A DNA stretch of 48,419 nt from a virus (Duplodnaviria; Caudoviricetes): positions 1 to 48,419 of IMG/VR virus record IMGVR_UViG_3300050015_000776. The stretch is one strand, 5' to 3'. Of the stretch, positions 17,658 through 27,602 are shown one piece after another (position 1 is the stretch's first letter; every line of letters starts with the position of its first letter). The notes under the pieces are model-generated. The model was not told the origin of the DNA, ran no database searches, and saw only the letters and a list, made by a program, of their open reading frames with translations. Both the position numbers and the translations under genes were made by a program.

Positions 17658-18373
17658 TGGACTTCTCGATTCCCCTTGACCGGCCTGCCCGCCTTGCGGG
17701 TTCCCAGGTGGGGCGTGCGGCCGGCCGCCTGGCGCGCGGTCGGCAGAGAGAATTCCTTCGGACCGGGCTCGAGTTTCAGGCCGGCCCGCTCCTTTTCTTC
17801 CACGCTTTCGAAGCGTCGGACCACGTTGCCCTCATCGTCCTTGAGGACCAGCTCGGCCGTCCCCGGATCCGCTTGCTCCGCGCTCGAGGCCTGCGCGAAT
17901 AGCGGCGCCTCATCCTGCGCGGTCTCTTTCTTCGCCGCGCGGTTGACCGCAGAATAATCGAGTTTGAGCGTCGCTCTGCCTTCGCCGATCGTGCGCATCC
18001 AATTGCTCAGCAGGGCGGCGGCCTCGGATGCTTGTGAGCGCACGCTGAACCGCAGTTCACTGGAGGAACTCTCGCCGTCCTTAGCCTTTACGCGCGCCAA
18101 CTCGAAATCGCTGGCTTCGATGCATGTAAGTGCAATGGCCTGCTTGCCGAGCCCTGGATCGATCGGTGTGAGCGTGAGGCTCCTGCAAACCAGTTCCCCA
18201 ATGAGCGGCGCGCCTGAGCCAACACAGTCCGGCACATCCTCCCATCCCATGGCCGCAAAAACAGGCTGCGACGGGTCGGCCGTTAAATGGATCCGCGTGA
18301 AGACGCCGACCTCGCCTTTGCGGCGCTCGTCGAAATGACGAACGAAAACGCCTCTGAACAATATGGTTTCCAT
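17654..18373 (-). CDS. Hypothetical protein
   Basis: GAGG RBS, ATG at 18373, coupled to the next gene. Confidence 0.7.
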   Translation of the reverse strand: METILFRGVFVRHFDERRKGEVGVFTRIHLTADPSQPVFAAMGWEDVPDCVGSGAPLIGELVCRSLTLTPIDPGLGKQAIALTCIEASDFELARVKAKDGESSSSELRFSVRSQASEAAALLSNWMRTIGEGRATLKLDYSAVNRAAKKETAQDEAPLFAQASSAEQADPGTAELVLKDDEGNVVRRFESVEEKERAGLKLEPGPKEFSLPTARQAAGRTPHLGTRKAGRPVKGNREVQ

Positions 18374-18381
18374 AGTCACTT

Positions 18382-19217
<836 letters not shown>

Positions 19218-19242
<25 letters not shown>

Positions 19243-19511
19243 TTGGCAACCGCCTCCGGCAACACTTCGCTGACCGAAGTAATGTCGCGCAGCTCGATGT
19301 CAGCGGCCGGACCGATCCTGCAGCCGGCATTGGGACCGGCCGAGGCAAGGCCCATGAAGCCGCGCAGATCGACCGTCCAGTACACGCATAGCCGGGCTGC
19401 GCGAAGGTTGATGGTCGGGCCATCGGTCTTGGTGGCGTATCCGAAGAACACGCCGCGGTGAGCTGTCGTCACGAGCACCGGTCGCCCGTTAGATATTGGT
19501 GTTTTTGCCAT
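19218..19511 (-). CDS. DUF6948-like Sm-fold small protein
   Basis: VLVTTAHRGVFFG...LRAARLCVYW...GLASAGP; typically found upstream of Gly-rich genes. Confidence 0.75.
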
Positions 19512-19543
19512 TTTCTTCCCTCTCTTGCGGTTGTCGGCTACCG

Positions 19544-19783
19544 CTAAAGCCCTTCCCTTAGATCGTCCGCCATGAGATCTACCCGCATCTTTCGGACCTC
19601 CCCTGGCAGCGCGCCGCGATAGTGCGCCCATGCCTCCCCTCGCACTCTCCATGCGAGCGCGATGGCAGCGCGGAGGAAGATCAGAGCGTGAATGAGCCAC
19701 CACAGCGGATCGCGGCCGCTGAAGCCCCACACCGCCAGGCAACCCAGGCCGGCAAAGACGCAAGCCAGCGCAGTGTCAACCAT
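19544..19783 (-). CDS. Small membrane protein
   Basis: Two hydrophobic stretches; GGAGG upstream. Confidence 0.6.
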   Translation of the reverse strand: MVDTALACVFAGLGCLAVWGFSGRDPLWWLIHALIFLRAAIALAWRVRGEAWAHYRGALPGEVRKMRVDLMADDLREGL

Positions 19784-19985
19784 CGATTTCCCTCCACAAG
19801 TCCTCGTCGGAGTCGTCATCATCCACAAAGACTTCGCCATCCCGTTCGAAGTGGAACTCGCCGTCCTCCGGATCCGGTGCCGCATCGAGCAGCGCCGCCA
19901 CCGGCTGGGGACCTAGGCGTAACTCTTCCCCTTCGGCGCCGACCGGTTCCTGGCCATAGAATGCATCGTTCGGGTAGAGGCTCAT
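19776..19985 (-). CDS. Small acidic protein
   Basis: ATGA-coupled to ERF; Asp/Glu-rich. Confidence 0.55.
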   Translation of the reverse strand: MSLYPNDAFYGQEPVGAEGEELRLGPQPVAALLDAAPDPEDGEFHFERDGEVFVDDDDSDEDLWREIDG

Positions 19986-21019
19986 GAGTCTGCTCCAGTG
20001 CCGAACGGGACATCGCCATCGTCCACCTCGACGCCGTGGCCGTTCACGAACTTGCCACCTGGCGCCGCGGCGCCGGCCTGGCTGGCATTTTGGCGGCGGA
20101 TCGCCAGAGCGGCTTCGCGCAGCTCGTTTACGATTGTTTGAGCGTGCTCCCGGTTGTTTAACTCGCGCTGGTTCGTGTAGCCGTTGTTTCCGAGAATGCG
20201 TGTGAATTCTGCCTCCGGGAGAATTGCCCGTGCCTCGTCGCATTTCGCATCGAAGCCCGGACGCCAGTCTGCTGGCCGCGAAACAGGCGCCGGCGCGCTT
20301 GGTGGTTTGCCGGACGGCGCCGCGGCCGCGGTCCCCGGGGCGTCGCTGGCGCGCGGAGGAATCCGCGCGTCGACGGGCGCTCCTGAATGGACCGCGGCGG
20401 CTTTGCCGTTCTGTGCGGGCGGTTGCCCCGGGAGAGGCCTCCTGGCAGGCTGCGCCTGCTTCCTGTCCTGAGCGGATGCGCGCGGGCCGGCCGCCGGCGG
20501 GGGGTCTGTCCTCCCGGTGTCGGTCTCGGTTTCCGCTGCGATCGGAAACAGGGAGCCGGCGCTCACCCGGCGCAGCCAGGTAATAAAGCCTCCGACGCGT
20601 TGGAACAGCTCGCGCGGCTCACCTGCCAGACTGCATGGCAGCTCGAGACACATTCTCAGCCGTTGACCACTGGAGTGCATGAGTAGCGTCGTTATGGCTA
20701 CCACGCCCTCCTCGATGCCAGGCCGCACGGAGGGAATCTGGACGATCGCCAGGCCAGCGTTCGCAAGCGGCTCGCGGATGCAATCGAACACGCTGCTGAG
20801 GTCGGAGTAATTGAAGCTGTATGCGCCGCCAGCGCGCGTCGTGATGTTGGCTGTCTTATTGGGCGCCGGATTGCGCAGCGTCTTGCCGGCCTCCACCAGC
20901 GCCGCCTGGAGCTGGTCGCACGGCTCGCTCAGTTCAAAGCTCGTCAGCCGCGGGCCGAGATCCTCCAATGCGACAGACCCCTGATGTCCGTCCTCGTAAA
21001 CGTATTCATCAACACTCAT
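19982..21019 (-). CDS. ERF-family single-strand annealing protein
   Basis: YSFNYSDLSSV...PLANAGLAIVQ...TTLLMHSSGQ...GGFITWLRR...ETDT. Confidence 0.85.
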   Translation of the reverse strand: MSVDEYVYEDGHQGSVALEDLGPRLTSFELSEPCDQLQAALVEAGKTLRNPAPNKTANITTRAGGAYSFNYSDLSSVFDCIREPLANAGLAIVQIPSVRPGIEEGVVAITTLLMHSSGQRLRMCLELPCSLAGEPRELFQRVGGFITWLRRVSAGSLFPIAAETETDTGRTDPPPAAGPRASAQDRKQAQPARRPLPGQPPAQNGKAAAVHSGAPVDARIPPRASDAPGTAAAAPSGKPPSAPAPVSRPADWRPGFDAKCDEARAILPEAEFTRILGNNGYTNQRELNNREHAQTIVNELREAALAIRRQNASQAGAAAPGGKFVNGHGVEVDDGDVPFGTGADS

Positions 21020-21654
21020 GGCGTCACGCACCTCCAATACGCTTGCTGATCTTTCCGTTCACAGCGCTCGATCAGACCGCGCGGCCGGAGGGTTCCATAG
21101 ATCACATTGGTGATGGCCCGTTCCCGATCGCTATCCGCGATCGATACGCCGGCATTGTCAAGCGCAATGCAGATGCCGGCGACGTCCAGTCCGTCCTGGC
21201 CGGCAGCGGTGATGTATTCGAAAACCACCTCACCGAGGCTGCCTTTGCGGGGCGCGAACGTCCGGACAGCGACCTCGTCCTGCGCAGGCCACAGGTGGCC
21301 CGAGTTGGGCTTCCTGGCCCTCGGAGGCGCCAGCTCGAGCGGAGCCGCGGGAACACAAGCTGCAGCGTCCCCGCGCGCCCCGCCGCCCACATCCGGCACG
21401 CTGGAGGAGGAGGAGGCACTGGCGCCGGATTGGGAACTCGAAACCATCTCGGGAGCGCGCCTGACGGATCGGACGGGAATTTCCGCCAGCTGACCGAAGC
21501 GTTTGATGAGCTCTTGAGCAAGCTCGAGGACCTGCTTCCGTGGAAAAGCGACATAGTCTTGCTCGTCGACGACGATGAGTCTGTAAGGCGGCGGGGCCTC
21601 GATCGCTCCATCAATCGCGCTGGCCGGCGTGAGTTGCTTGGGTTTACCGCGCAT
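21016..21654 (-). CDS. Hypothetical protein with probable C-terminal wHTH
   Basis: AAGGA RBS; ATGA coupling to ERF. Confidence 0.6.
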   Translation of the reverse strand: MRGKPKQLTPASAIDGAIEAPPPYRLIVVDEQDYVAFPRKQVLELAQELIKRFGQLAEIPVRSVRRAPEMVSSSQSGASASSSSSVPDVGGGARGDAAACVPAAPLELAPPRARKPNSGHLWPAQDEVAVRTFAPRKGSLGEVVFEYITAAGQDGLDVAGICIALDNAGVSIADSDRERAITNVIYGTLRPRGLIERCERKDQQAYWRCVTP

Positions 21655-21727
21655 TGAACGCGTCCTTTCCGCCACGCAAATGGCAAGTTCGCGCGCCGAT
21701 CGGACAGAGCACCGCGAGGCGGAGAAA

Positions 21728-22043
<316 letters not shown>

Positions 22044-22573
22044 CTTTTCAAGCGCCGCTTTCTGTGCGGCGTAATATGTGGCGAGCTTTTCGCCCGCCGC
22101 CTCGAGGTCGGCCTCGTCTGTGATGTCGTAACGCGCGTACATCGACTCGGTCTTGTGTCCACTGATCAACATGGCGACCGGGCGTGAGATGCCGGCGCGG
22201 CACATGTTCCTGACCGCGGTCCGGCGCAGGTCGTGGATCAGCAGTTCCGGCAGTCCAGCGTCCGCGCGGGCCCGCAGCCACGCCGTCTTGGTCTCCACTA
22301 TCCCGTGCCCGTCGAAATTCACGATGAACGCGCAGGTAGGAACCCTGGCTTCGTATGCGGCCTCCAGGATCGACTGCATGTCGCCATAGAGCGGTGCGTT
22401 GCGGGCGGTGCGGCCCTTGGTCTGCATCTTGTCCAGCCGGACCAGCCCGCCATCCCAATCGACCTGGCTCCATTTGAGACTCAGGATCTCGCCACGCCGC
22501 ATCCCCCAGTGGTAACCGATGTCCAGGAGGATCTGCGCGTCCGTGAATTCGCGTGCCATATGACGGCGCCTCC

Positions 22574-22738
22574 TCAACTCCACATCGTGCGCAGGTATTC
22601 CCGCGCGCCATTCAAGATCGTATTGAGCCGCTGCAGGTGTGCGGCATGGGCTGCGCGCCGGGCCTTCCAGACGGACCTCCAGATGAGCAGCGCGGTCACC
22701 GCGACGGTCACCAGGAGGATGTAGATTCCAAGTGGCAA
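22574..22738 (-). CDS. 54-aa single-TM protein (absent from the ORF track)
   Basis: GAGG RBS plus TTG; MPLGIYILLVTVAVTALLIWRSVWKARR; fills the xis-int gap. Confidence 0.6.
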   Translation of the reverse strand: MPLGIYILLVTVAVTALLIWRSVWKARRAAHAAHLQRLNTILNGAREYLRTMWS

Positions 22739-22747
22739 GTTTTCCTC

Positions 22748-23014
22748 TTACACGCCCTCGCGCGGCGCGCGATCGATATAGCGGTCGAGGTCGCGCTTGT
22801 CGAAGCGCAACTTGCCGTCGATCTTCACATTAGGGATTTCGCCGAGGGAGACTTTGTGCCGCAGAGCTATCGGCGTCATGCCAAGGTAGCAGGCCGCCGC
22901 CTCGACATCGAGCAACCGCTGTTTCGTGTCCAGCAATTTCAAGAGTTTGGCTGAGACCGCCTCCGCGATTGCGTTGATCAGTTGACCGCCGGCGTCGGTT
23001 ACCATTTCGCTCAT
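22748..23014 (-). CDS. Excisionase-type HTH (HTH_17) protein
   Basis: RLLDVEAAACYLGMT...GEIPNVKIDGKLRFDKRDLDRYI. Confidence 0.85.
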   Translation of the reverse strand: MSEMVTDAGGQLINAIAEAVSAKLLKLLDTKQRLLDVEAAACYLGMTPIALRHKVSLGEIPNVKIDGKLRFDKRDLDRYIDRAPREGV

Positions 23015-23310
23015 CGCACACCTGCCGGCGCGTTCGCGCCTCGAGCCCGGGATTTCGGCGCCCGCTTCACCGGCCCGGCGTCGCCGCCCAACAACCTCTC
23101 GATCCAGGTGGTCGCCGCGCGGTGGTCCGCCAGGTACTGGCCGACCAGCCGCCAATGGCAGCGGTGGTCCGCCAGCTCCTGGCCGACCGGCTGCCAATGG
23201 CAGCGGCCGTCCACTGAATCCGCGCGCGGTCCGGCGCCTGTCTCCAGATTCTCCAGCAGGATGGACAAGAGCCTGGCGAGGCGCCCTCTCTCTTTCATGT
23301 CGAGCAGCAT
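23011..23310 (-). CDS. Hypothetical protein with a 14-aa tandem duplication
   Basis: GGAG RBS; 42-bp repeat at 23119-23202. Confidence 0.6.
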   Translation of the reverse strand: MLLDMKERGRLARLLSILLENLETGAGPRADSVDGRCHWQPVGQELADHRCHWRLVGQYLADHRAATTWIERLLGGDAGPVKRAPKSRARGANAPAGVR

Positions 23311-23443
23311 AATTCCGGCTCCTGGCGATTCCGCGAGGCACACTTCCGCCGCGTCCTGCGAACAAGAGTTTCCATATCGTTCTCACTGGGAGCGATATTA
23401 AAAAAAGAGCGGCGTAGCTAAACCCCCAGCTGCGCCGCTTTGG

Positions 23444-23716
23444 TTAACCCACAGCCGATTCCGGTGTCGGCGGGTTGGCGGTGGCACTGGAACTCGCGGT
23501 TTCGATCGTTGCCGTAGGAGCGCACCGACTGAAACTCTTTTTCCCCCGCTCCAATTTCGCCAGGCCATCCTTGGAAAAACGGCGGAGCAACTCGCCCATA
23601 GAGATACGTCTCTGCCACGCGGCATCCTCGATGGCCTGGCGCAACGCATGGGGCAGACGAAAGCTTACAGATGGCTCCGTAAGCAATTCTGACGTATTCT
23701 TAAGACGTTTTGACAT
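23444..23716 (-). CDS. Cro-position regulator, ribbon-helix-helix-like
   Basis: SVSFRLPHALRQAIEDAAWQRRISMGELLRR; first gene of the leftward operon. Confidence 0.7.
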   Translation of the reverse strand: MSKRLKNTSELLTEPSVSFRLPHALRQAIEDAAWQRRISMGELLRRFSKDGLAKLERGKKSFSRCAPTATIETASSSATANPPTPESAVG

Positions 23717-23799
23717 AATGACCTCGACGCTGGTTATCTTAAACTACGTATTGCCGTGTTGTCTAAACAAAAGTAGGATCATGTTGCCAAGTTGCTGAA
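23717..23799. promoter_or_regulatory. Divergent promoter/operator region of the lysis-lysogeny switch
   Basis: AT-rich 83-bp gap between divergent regulators. Confidence 0.6.
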
Positions 23800-24165
23800 A
23801 TGACAGACAAAAAAGGCGCTATTCGAATATCCGAAAAACTTCGTCTGTGGCTTTCAAGAACACAACTTGAAGAACGCGTTTTAACTGAGCGGGAACCCTC
23901 CTATCGGGAGCTTTTAGACCGCCTGTTTCTTCATGTGATTGATAGCGTTGATCAAACGTTGCCGCCAGCCGCTCAGCCGAGCGGTGAAGCATCGTTTCCC
24001 TACGCCGCGGAGAACAGGGAGCTGCATGAAAAGCTGGAAGATATCCTCGCCAGCGGCGACGAAGCGACGATCACCGCCGTGGTGTCAAACATCGAGGTCT
24101 TTCGCGATCGGCTGAGACCGAGGCGCAAACGATCGTCAGGGAGAGGGAGGGCAGCAGCCGAGTGA
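23800..24165 (+). CDS. Putative repressor (RHH-like N-terminus)
   Basis: GAIRISEKLRLWL...SYRELLDRL; divergent from the cro-like gene; no S24 peptidase domain. Confidence 0.6.
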   Translation: MTDKKGAIRISEKLRLWLSRTQLEERVLTEREPSYRELLDRLFLHVIDSVDQTLPPAAQPSGEASFPYAAENRELHEKLEDILASGDEATITAVVSNIEVFRDRLRPRRKRSSGRGRAAAE

Positions 24166-24316
24166 TCGTGATGGACTGCCCAAGTGGTAGGAAAGCGCGC
24201 GGGTTTCCAAAAGTGAGCCGGATCCGCGCGCCAGAGCGAAGCGGGGTGATCCCCTTCCGGGTACCACTCAAGCGGCCTGGATCCGATTTTGAACTGGGGT
24301 AAAGGGCGGATTTGAT

Positions 24317-24344
24317 TTGACCGTGCGCGCCGGCGAGGTATCCT
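24317..24344 (+). promoter_or_regulatory. Sigma70-like promoter for moron genes
   Basis: TTGACC-16bp-TATCCT upstream of an AGGAGG RBS. Confidence 0.6.
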
Positions 24345-24391
24345 GGCATCAGACGAAACGCAAATGCGGCTAGCCCGCAGGAGGTTTTCAA

Positions 24392-24799
24392 ATGTTCGAC
24401 CTTTCCACTCTCCCCACCTGCAGCGAGTCCGATCTCGCCATTCTGATCACAGCAGCCCAAAAAGAGTTGGCGGCGCGAGCCACCGCTCCGATCGCTCTGG
24501 TCGCCAAACGCGTTGCAGTCCATTACAACTCCTACAACGGCCGGCGCTACAGCCGGCCCTGGATCGCTCGCGTAACATCCTGGCCAGTCGGTGGGCGCCC
24601 AGAGCTCGAATTCGGACGCTACCTCGGCGACGAGAAGGGCGGCGATCTGGAACTTATGGCGAAACCGGGAGACATCCTGCGCGACGGCCAGAAGGACGGC
24701 CGCGGCAACGGCGGCACAAACGACTGGGAAGTGGTCCTCCCCGACTACACGACCAACACAATCACGCAAGCCGAAGCCCGCGAGCTCTACCGCTCATAG
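24392..24799 (+). CDS. Hypothetical protein (moron)
   Basis: AGGAGG RBS; YNGRRYSRPWIARV...GQKDGRG. Confidence 0.8.
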   Translation: MFDLSTLPTCSESDLAILITAAQKELAARATAPIALVAKRVAVHYNSYNGRRYSRPWIARVTSWPVGGRPELEFGRYLGDEKGGDLELMAKPGDILRDGQKDGRGNGGTNDWEVVLPDYTTNTITQAEARELYRS

Positions 24800-24894
24800 C
24801 TGCCGAGCACGGCGGTTGGCCGCCGTAAGGCCACAAGCGGGGTTGCAAGTCCCGCAGTGAGCCGAATGCGCCAAGTGCGCAGGAGGTTGGTTAG

Positions 24895-25200
24895 ATGGCA
24901 GCGTACAGGATGGACGATAACACGGTCGTCAAAACGGAAAATGCGACTCGATATTGGAGCGAGGCTCGCGACTGGAATGGCAGCAATCACATCGGGCGCA
25001 GCTCGCGCAGTCAATGGCATGATCAGACCCTCTACCGCTCGCGCAAAGGGCGATATTATGTCGAGTTTTGCACTCGGGTTGAAGGAGAAATGGATCGTGT
25101 CGACTGGGTCTCGAACAGAGAAGCGACCCGCTGGTTGATCCTCAACGAATGCGAATTGCCAGACGACCTGAAAGAGCTGGAGGACGAAGTCACGGAATAG
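24895..25200 (+). CDS. Hypothetical protein (moron)
   Basis: AGGAGG RBS; TLYRSRKGRYY...EATRWL. Confidence 0.8.
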   Translation: MAAYRMDDNTVVKTENATRYWSEARDWNGSNHIGRSSRSQWHDQTLYRSRKGRYYVEFCTRVEGEMDRVDWVSNREATRWLILNECELPDDLKELEDEVTE

Positions 25201-25218
25201 GCATCCGGGCGGCAGAAA

Positions 25219-25257
25219 CAAAAATGGCGGGCCGGGCTGAGTGCCCGACCCGCCATT
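25219..25257 (-). terminator. Terminator between convergent operons
   Basis: AATGGCGGG(C/T)CGGGC stem with a 5-nt loop; T-run follows on the minus strand. Confidence 0.75.
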
Positions 25258-25277
25258 CATTCGTCGTTCCCGCGGTT

Positions 25278-25574
25278 CTAGCGATGGGCCGACTGCGACG
25301 GAACCGGAGGCGTGTTCGCGACCACGGCCGCGCCGAGCGCTGCGCCCGAGGCCGTGTATTGCGTGGTGACTGCCGTGATGGCATCGGCGGCAGCCTGGAT
25401 GCTGCCCTGGTCGGCGGCATCGTCTGCGGCCAATGCAGCCGCGACGGCGGTCTGCACTGACGCGGCATATGCGTTGAGCAGTGTGACCGCGCTCGCTTCC
25501 GTGGTCGTCTGCGCCGTTACCTGGGTCGTCGCCGCGGCGATCGCAGCATTGAGCCCTGAAAAATCTGCTGACAT
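25278..25574 (-). CDS. Ala/Thr-rich helical small protein
   Basis: AGGAG RBS; last gene of the late operon. Confidence 0.75.
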   Translation of the reverse strand: MSADFSGLNAAIAAATTQVTAQTTTEASAVTLLNAYAASVQTAVAAALAADDAADQGSIQAAADAITAVTTQYTASGAALGAAVVANTPPVPSQSAHR

Positions 25575-25606
25575 GGTTTTTGCTCCTGAAGTGAAGTTTG
25601 GTTCGA

Positions 25607-25795
25607 TTACGGGGAATTGGACTCAACCGCGCCGGCCAGCACCGTGCTGGATTGACGCAGCTTTTCGGTCAAATCGTTGACTGTATTTGTCAGTTTGTCG
25701 AGCTGCTGCTGCTGGACATCACGCGACAGCAAAAAGGCGACGAGATTGTCGAGCGCAGGAAACTCGATCTGAATGGACACGATGAAACTTCGCAA
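25607..25795 (-). CDS. Small coiled-coil protein
   Basis: GGAGG plus TTG at 25795. Confidence 0.6.
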   Translation of the reverse strand: MRSFIVSIQIEFPALDNLVAFLLSRDVQQQQLDKLTNTVNDLTEKLRQSSTVLAGAVESNSP

Positions 25796-25799
25796 ATGC

Positions 25800-26240
25800 C
25801 ACCTCCGCGTGAACGCGCCTGGCGCGCGGCCTGGTTTGGGCGTGGATGAATTCCGCATGCCGCCTCGCACGTCTTCATTCTAGGTGTAAAGTCTTCCACT
25901 GCTGTAAATATTTTCACCTGCCCAAACAAAGCATGGTCGATGCGCCCCGGCGTTCCCGGGGCGCATCGCGTTGACTTGTTCCGTTGGGACCGGGCCAGAA
26001 ATTCTACTTCATAAACGCACCTCGCTTGGCTCTGCTTTGTTCCCGGACGCTCCTTACCCGCCGCGCTTCGCGCCCAGCCAGCCGCGTGAATTCGCACGCG
26101 GCCCTTCGCGCCGGCCCAGGTCGGCCCGTGTGGCGTTGCCAGCCTCGAGCTGGTAGGTCGCATGCCAGGCTGGCCGCGGCGTGGCGCTCAGTCCTAAGGG
26201 GGCGGTCGCGGCCTGACCCCCGGTGCTGACTTCCCGATGA
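25800..26240 (-). ncRNA. Candidate structured RNA / attenuator
   Basis: About 440 bp with no credible ORF and several perfect stems, including a 13-bp hairpin at 25938-25968. Confidence 0.35.
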
Positions 26241-27017
26241 TCATCCGTTCCTAATAATTTGGGAAACGACCCAGAAATCCGAAGCGCTGCATGCCTCGAG
26301 CGCTTCATACGGCATCAGAAAATGCCCCTTGCGGCCCCAGTCGGGCCCCCAGGAGTTGCGCACGATGAGCGTTCCGGAGGGGATGTGCCCGAGAGACCCA
26401 TCCTGATAGTCGCGATCGCTGTAGCCTATGACGCAGACGCAGTGACCGCCTTCGACCTCGCCGCTGGGCAGCGCCATGAGACCATCCGATCCGATGTCCA
26501 TGAAGTTCGAGCTCACATCGAAGCCGATGATGACGGGGAGGCCCAGCGCAAGCGCCCCCTTAACTCCCAAGACCGTTTCGTTCACCGCGCGGTATTCGAG
26601 CGCCTCGAGCCGCTTTGCTGCCGCATAGACGGCGTCGGGGGGCTTGGCAGCGAACCGTCCTACATCGTAGGGCCACAGGCTCTCCGGCGCCGCCCCGTTG
26701 GTTGCGAGCACCTTGACGGCATCGCGGATGTTGCCTCCGGAATCCTGGTCGGCAGTGCCCTCCATCGCGCGGGTGTCGTAATACACCTGGAGCCGGGACA
26801 AAGCCTGAGTCGCCGCGCCTGGCTGGAAGTCGCAGAATGCGAATGCCGCCAGGCTGCCATGTGCTGTGCAACTCCCGAGCTGGCATTGATCCCAAACGGG
26901 CGGCATGCCCTTGAGAAGCACCGCCGTCTCCACGTCGACCGGCGGCGGCGCCGCGAACTTGCGATCGCGGGCGTCTTTCGGCTGGCGATTCCAGCCGTGG
27001 GTGAATGAGTGAAACAT
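26241..27017 (-). CDS. Papain-like (C1A) cysteine peptidase
   Basis: DQCQLGSCTAH (Q..C), GGHCV (H), IVRNSWGPDWG..G (N). Confidence 0.92.
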   Translation of the reverse strand: MFHSFTHGWNRQPKDARDRKFAAPPPVDVETAVLLKGMPPVWDQCQLGSCTAHGSLAAFAFCDFQPGAATQALSRLQVYYDTRAMEGTADQDSGGNIRDAVKVLATNGAAPESLWPYDVGRFAAKPPDAVYAAAKRLEALEYRAVNETVLGVKGALALGLPVIIGFDVSSNFMDIGSDGLMALPSGEVEGGHCVCVIGYSDRDYQDGSLGHIPSGTLIVRNSWGPDWGRKGHFLMPYEALEACSASDFWVVSQIIRNG

Positions 27018-27056
27018 AGATGCTCCTCGACAAACTGCTTTCTACCTACTTTCTAC

Positions 27057-27602
27057 CTACTTTTTACCGGCCCGGCGCTTGGCGACCTGCGCCACGACGG
27101 CGAGGGCCTTCTTGTGGAGCGAGGCTAGCTCCCTGGCCTCTGCCGGCGTGGGGAGCAATACCGCGGAGTCCACGAAATGCTGCGCCCCGCTCCGCGCGGC
27201 GGCCAATGCCGCCGGCTGGTTCGCCGCGCTCGATTGGACGGCGGCGAGGACCGCGCTCAATGCAATGGAGAAAGCGACCACCGCGAGCTGCACGATAGTG
27301 CCGGCGCCGGTCAAATCGGGTTGGACGATCGTCGCAAATTCCTGGGTGATCTTCAGCACCTTCACCGCGTTTGTGTCGTTCGTGGCGAGCTCGGCGGTGA
27401 CGTCCGCCAGCCAGGTCTCCCCCTGGGTAATGTAATCTCCGACCTGTGGCGTGAGGACGCCGACCGCGGACAGGATTTTGCTCCCGGCCGACATTGCGAT
27501 TGTAATGTAGTTTGCGATCGTGGCACCCGAAACCGAGCATCCGGCCAGGCCGACGAACGCCAAAATCAAAGCTGCGAGCTGCAAACGGGATCGTGTTTTC
27601 AT
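27057..27602 (-). CDS. Lipoprotein
   Basis: MKTRSR plus hydrophobic core and LAGC lipobox. Confidence 0.8.
   Translation of the reverse strand: MKTRSRLQLAALILAFVGLAGCSVSGATIANYITIAMSAGSKILSAVGVLTPQVGDYITQGETWLADVTAELATNDTNAVKVLKITQEFATIVQPDLTGAGTIVQLAVVAFSIALSAVLAAVQSSAANQPAALAAARSGAQHFVDSAVLLPTPAEARELASLHKKALAVVAQVAKRRAGKK

Noticed and set aside
27039-27060. 11-bp tandem repeat TTTCTACCTAC
   Set aside because: Only two copies and no other occurrence seen; probably a slippage duplication.
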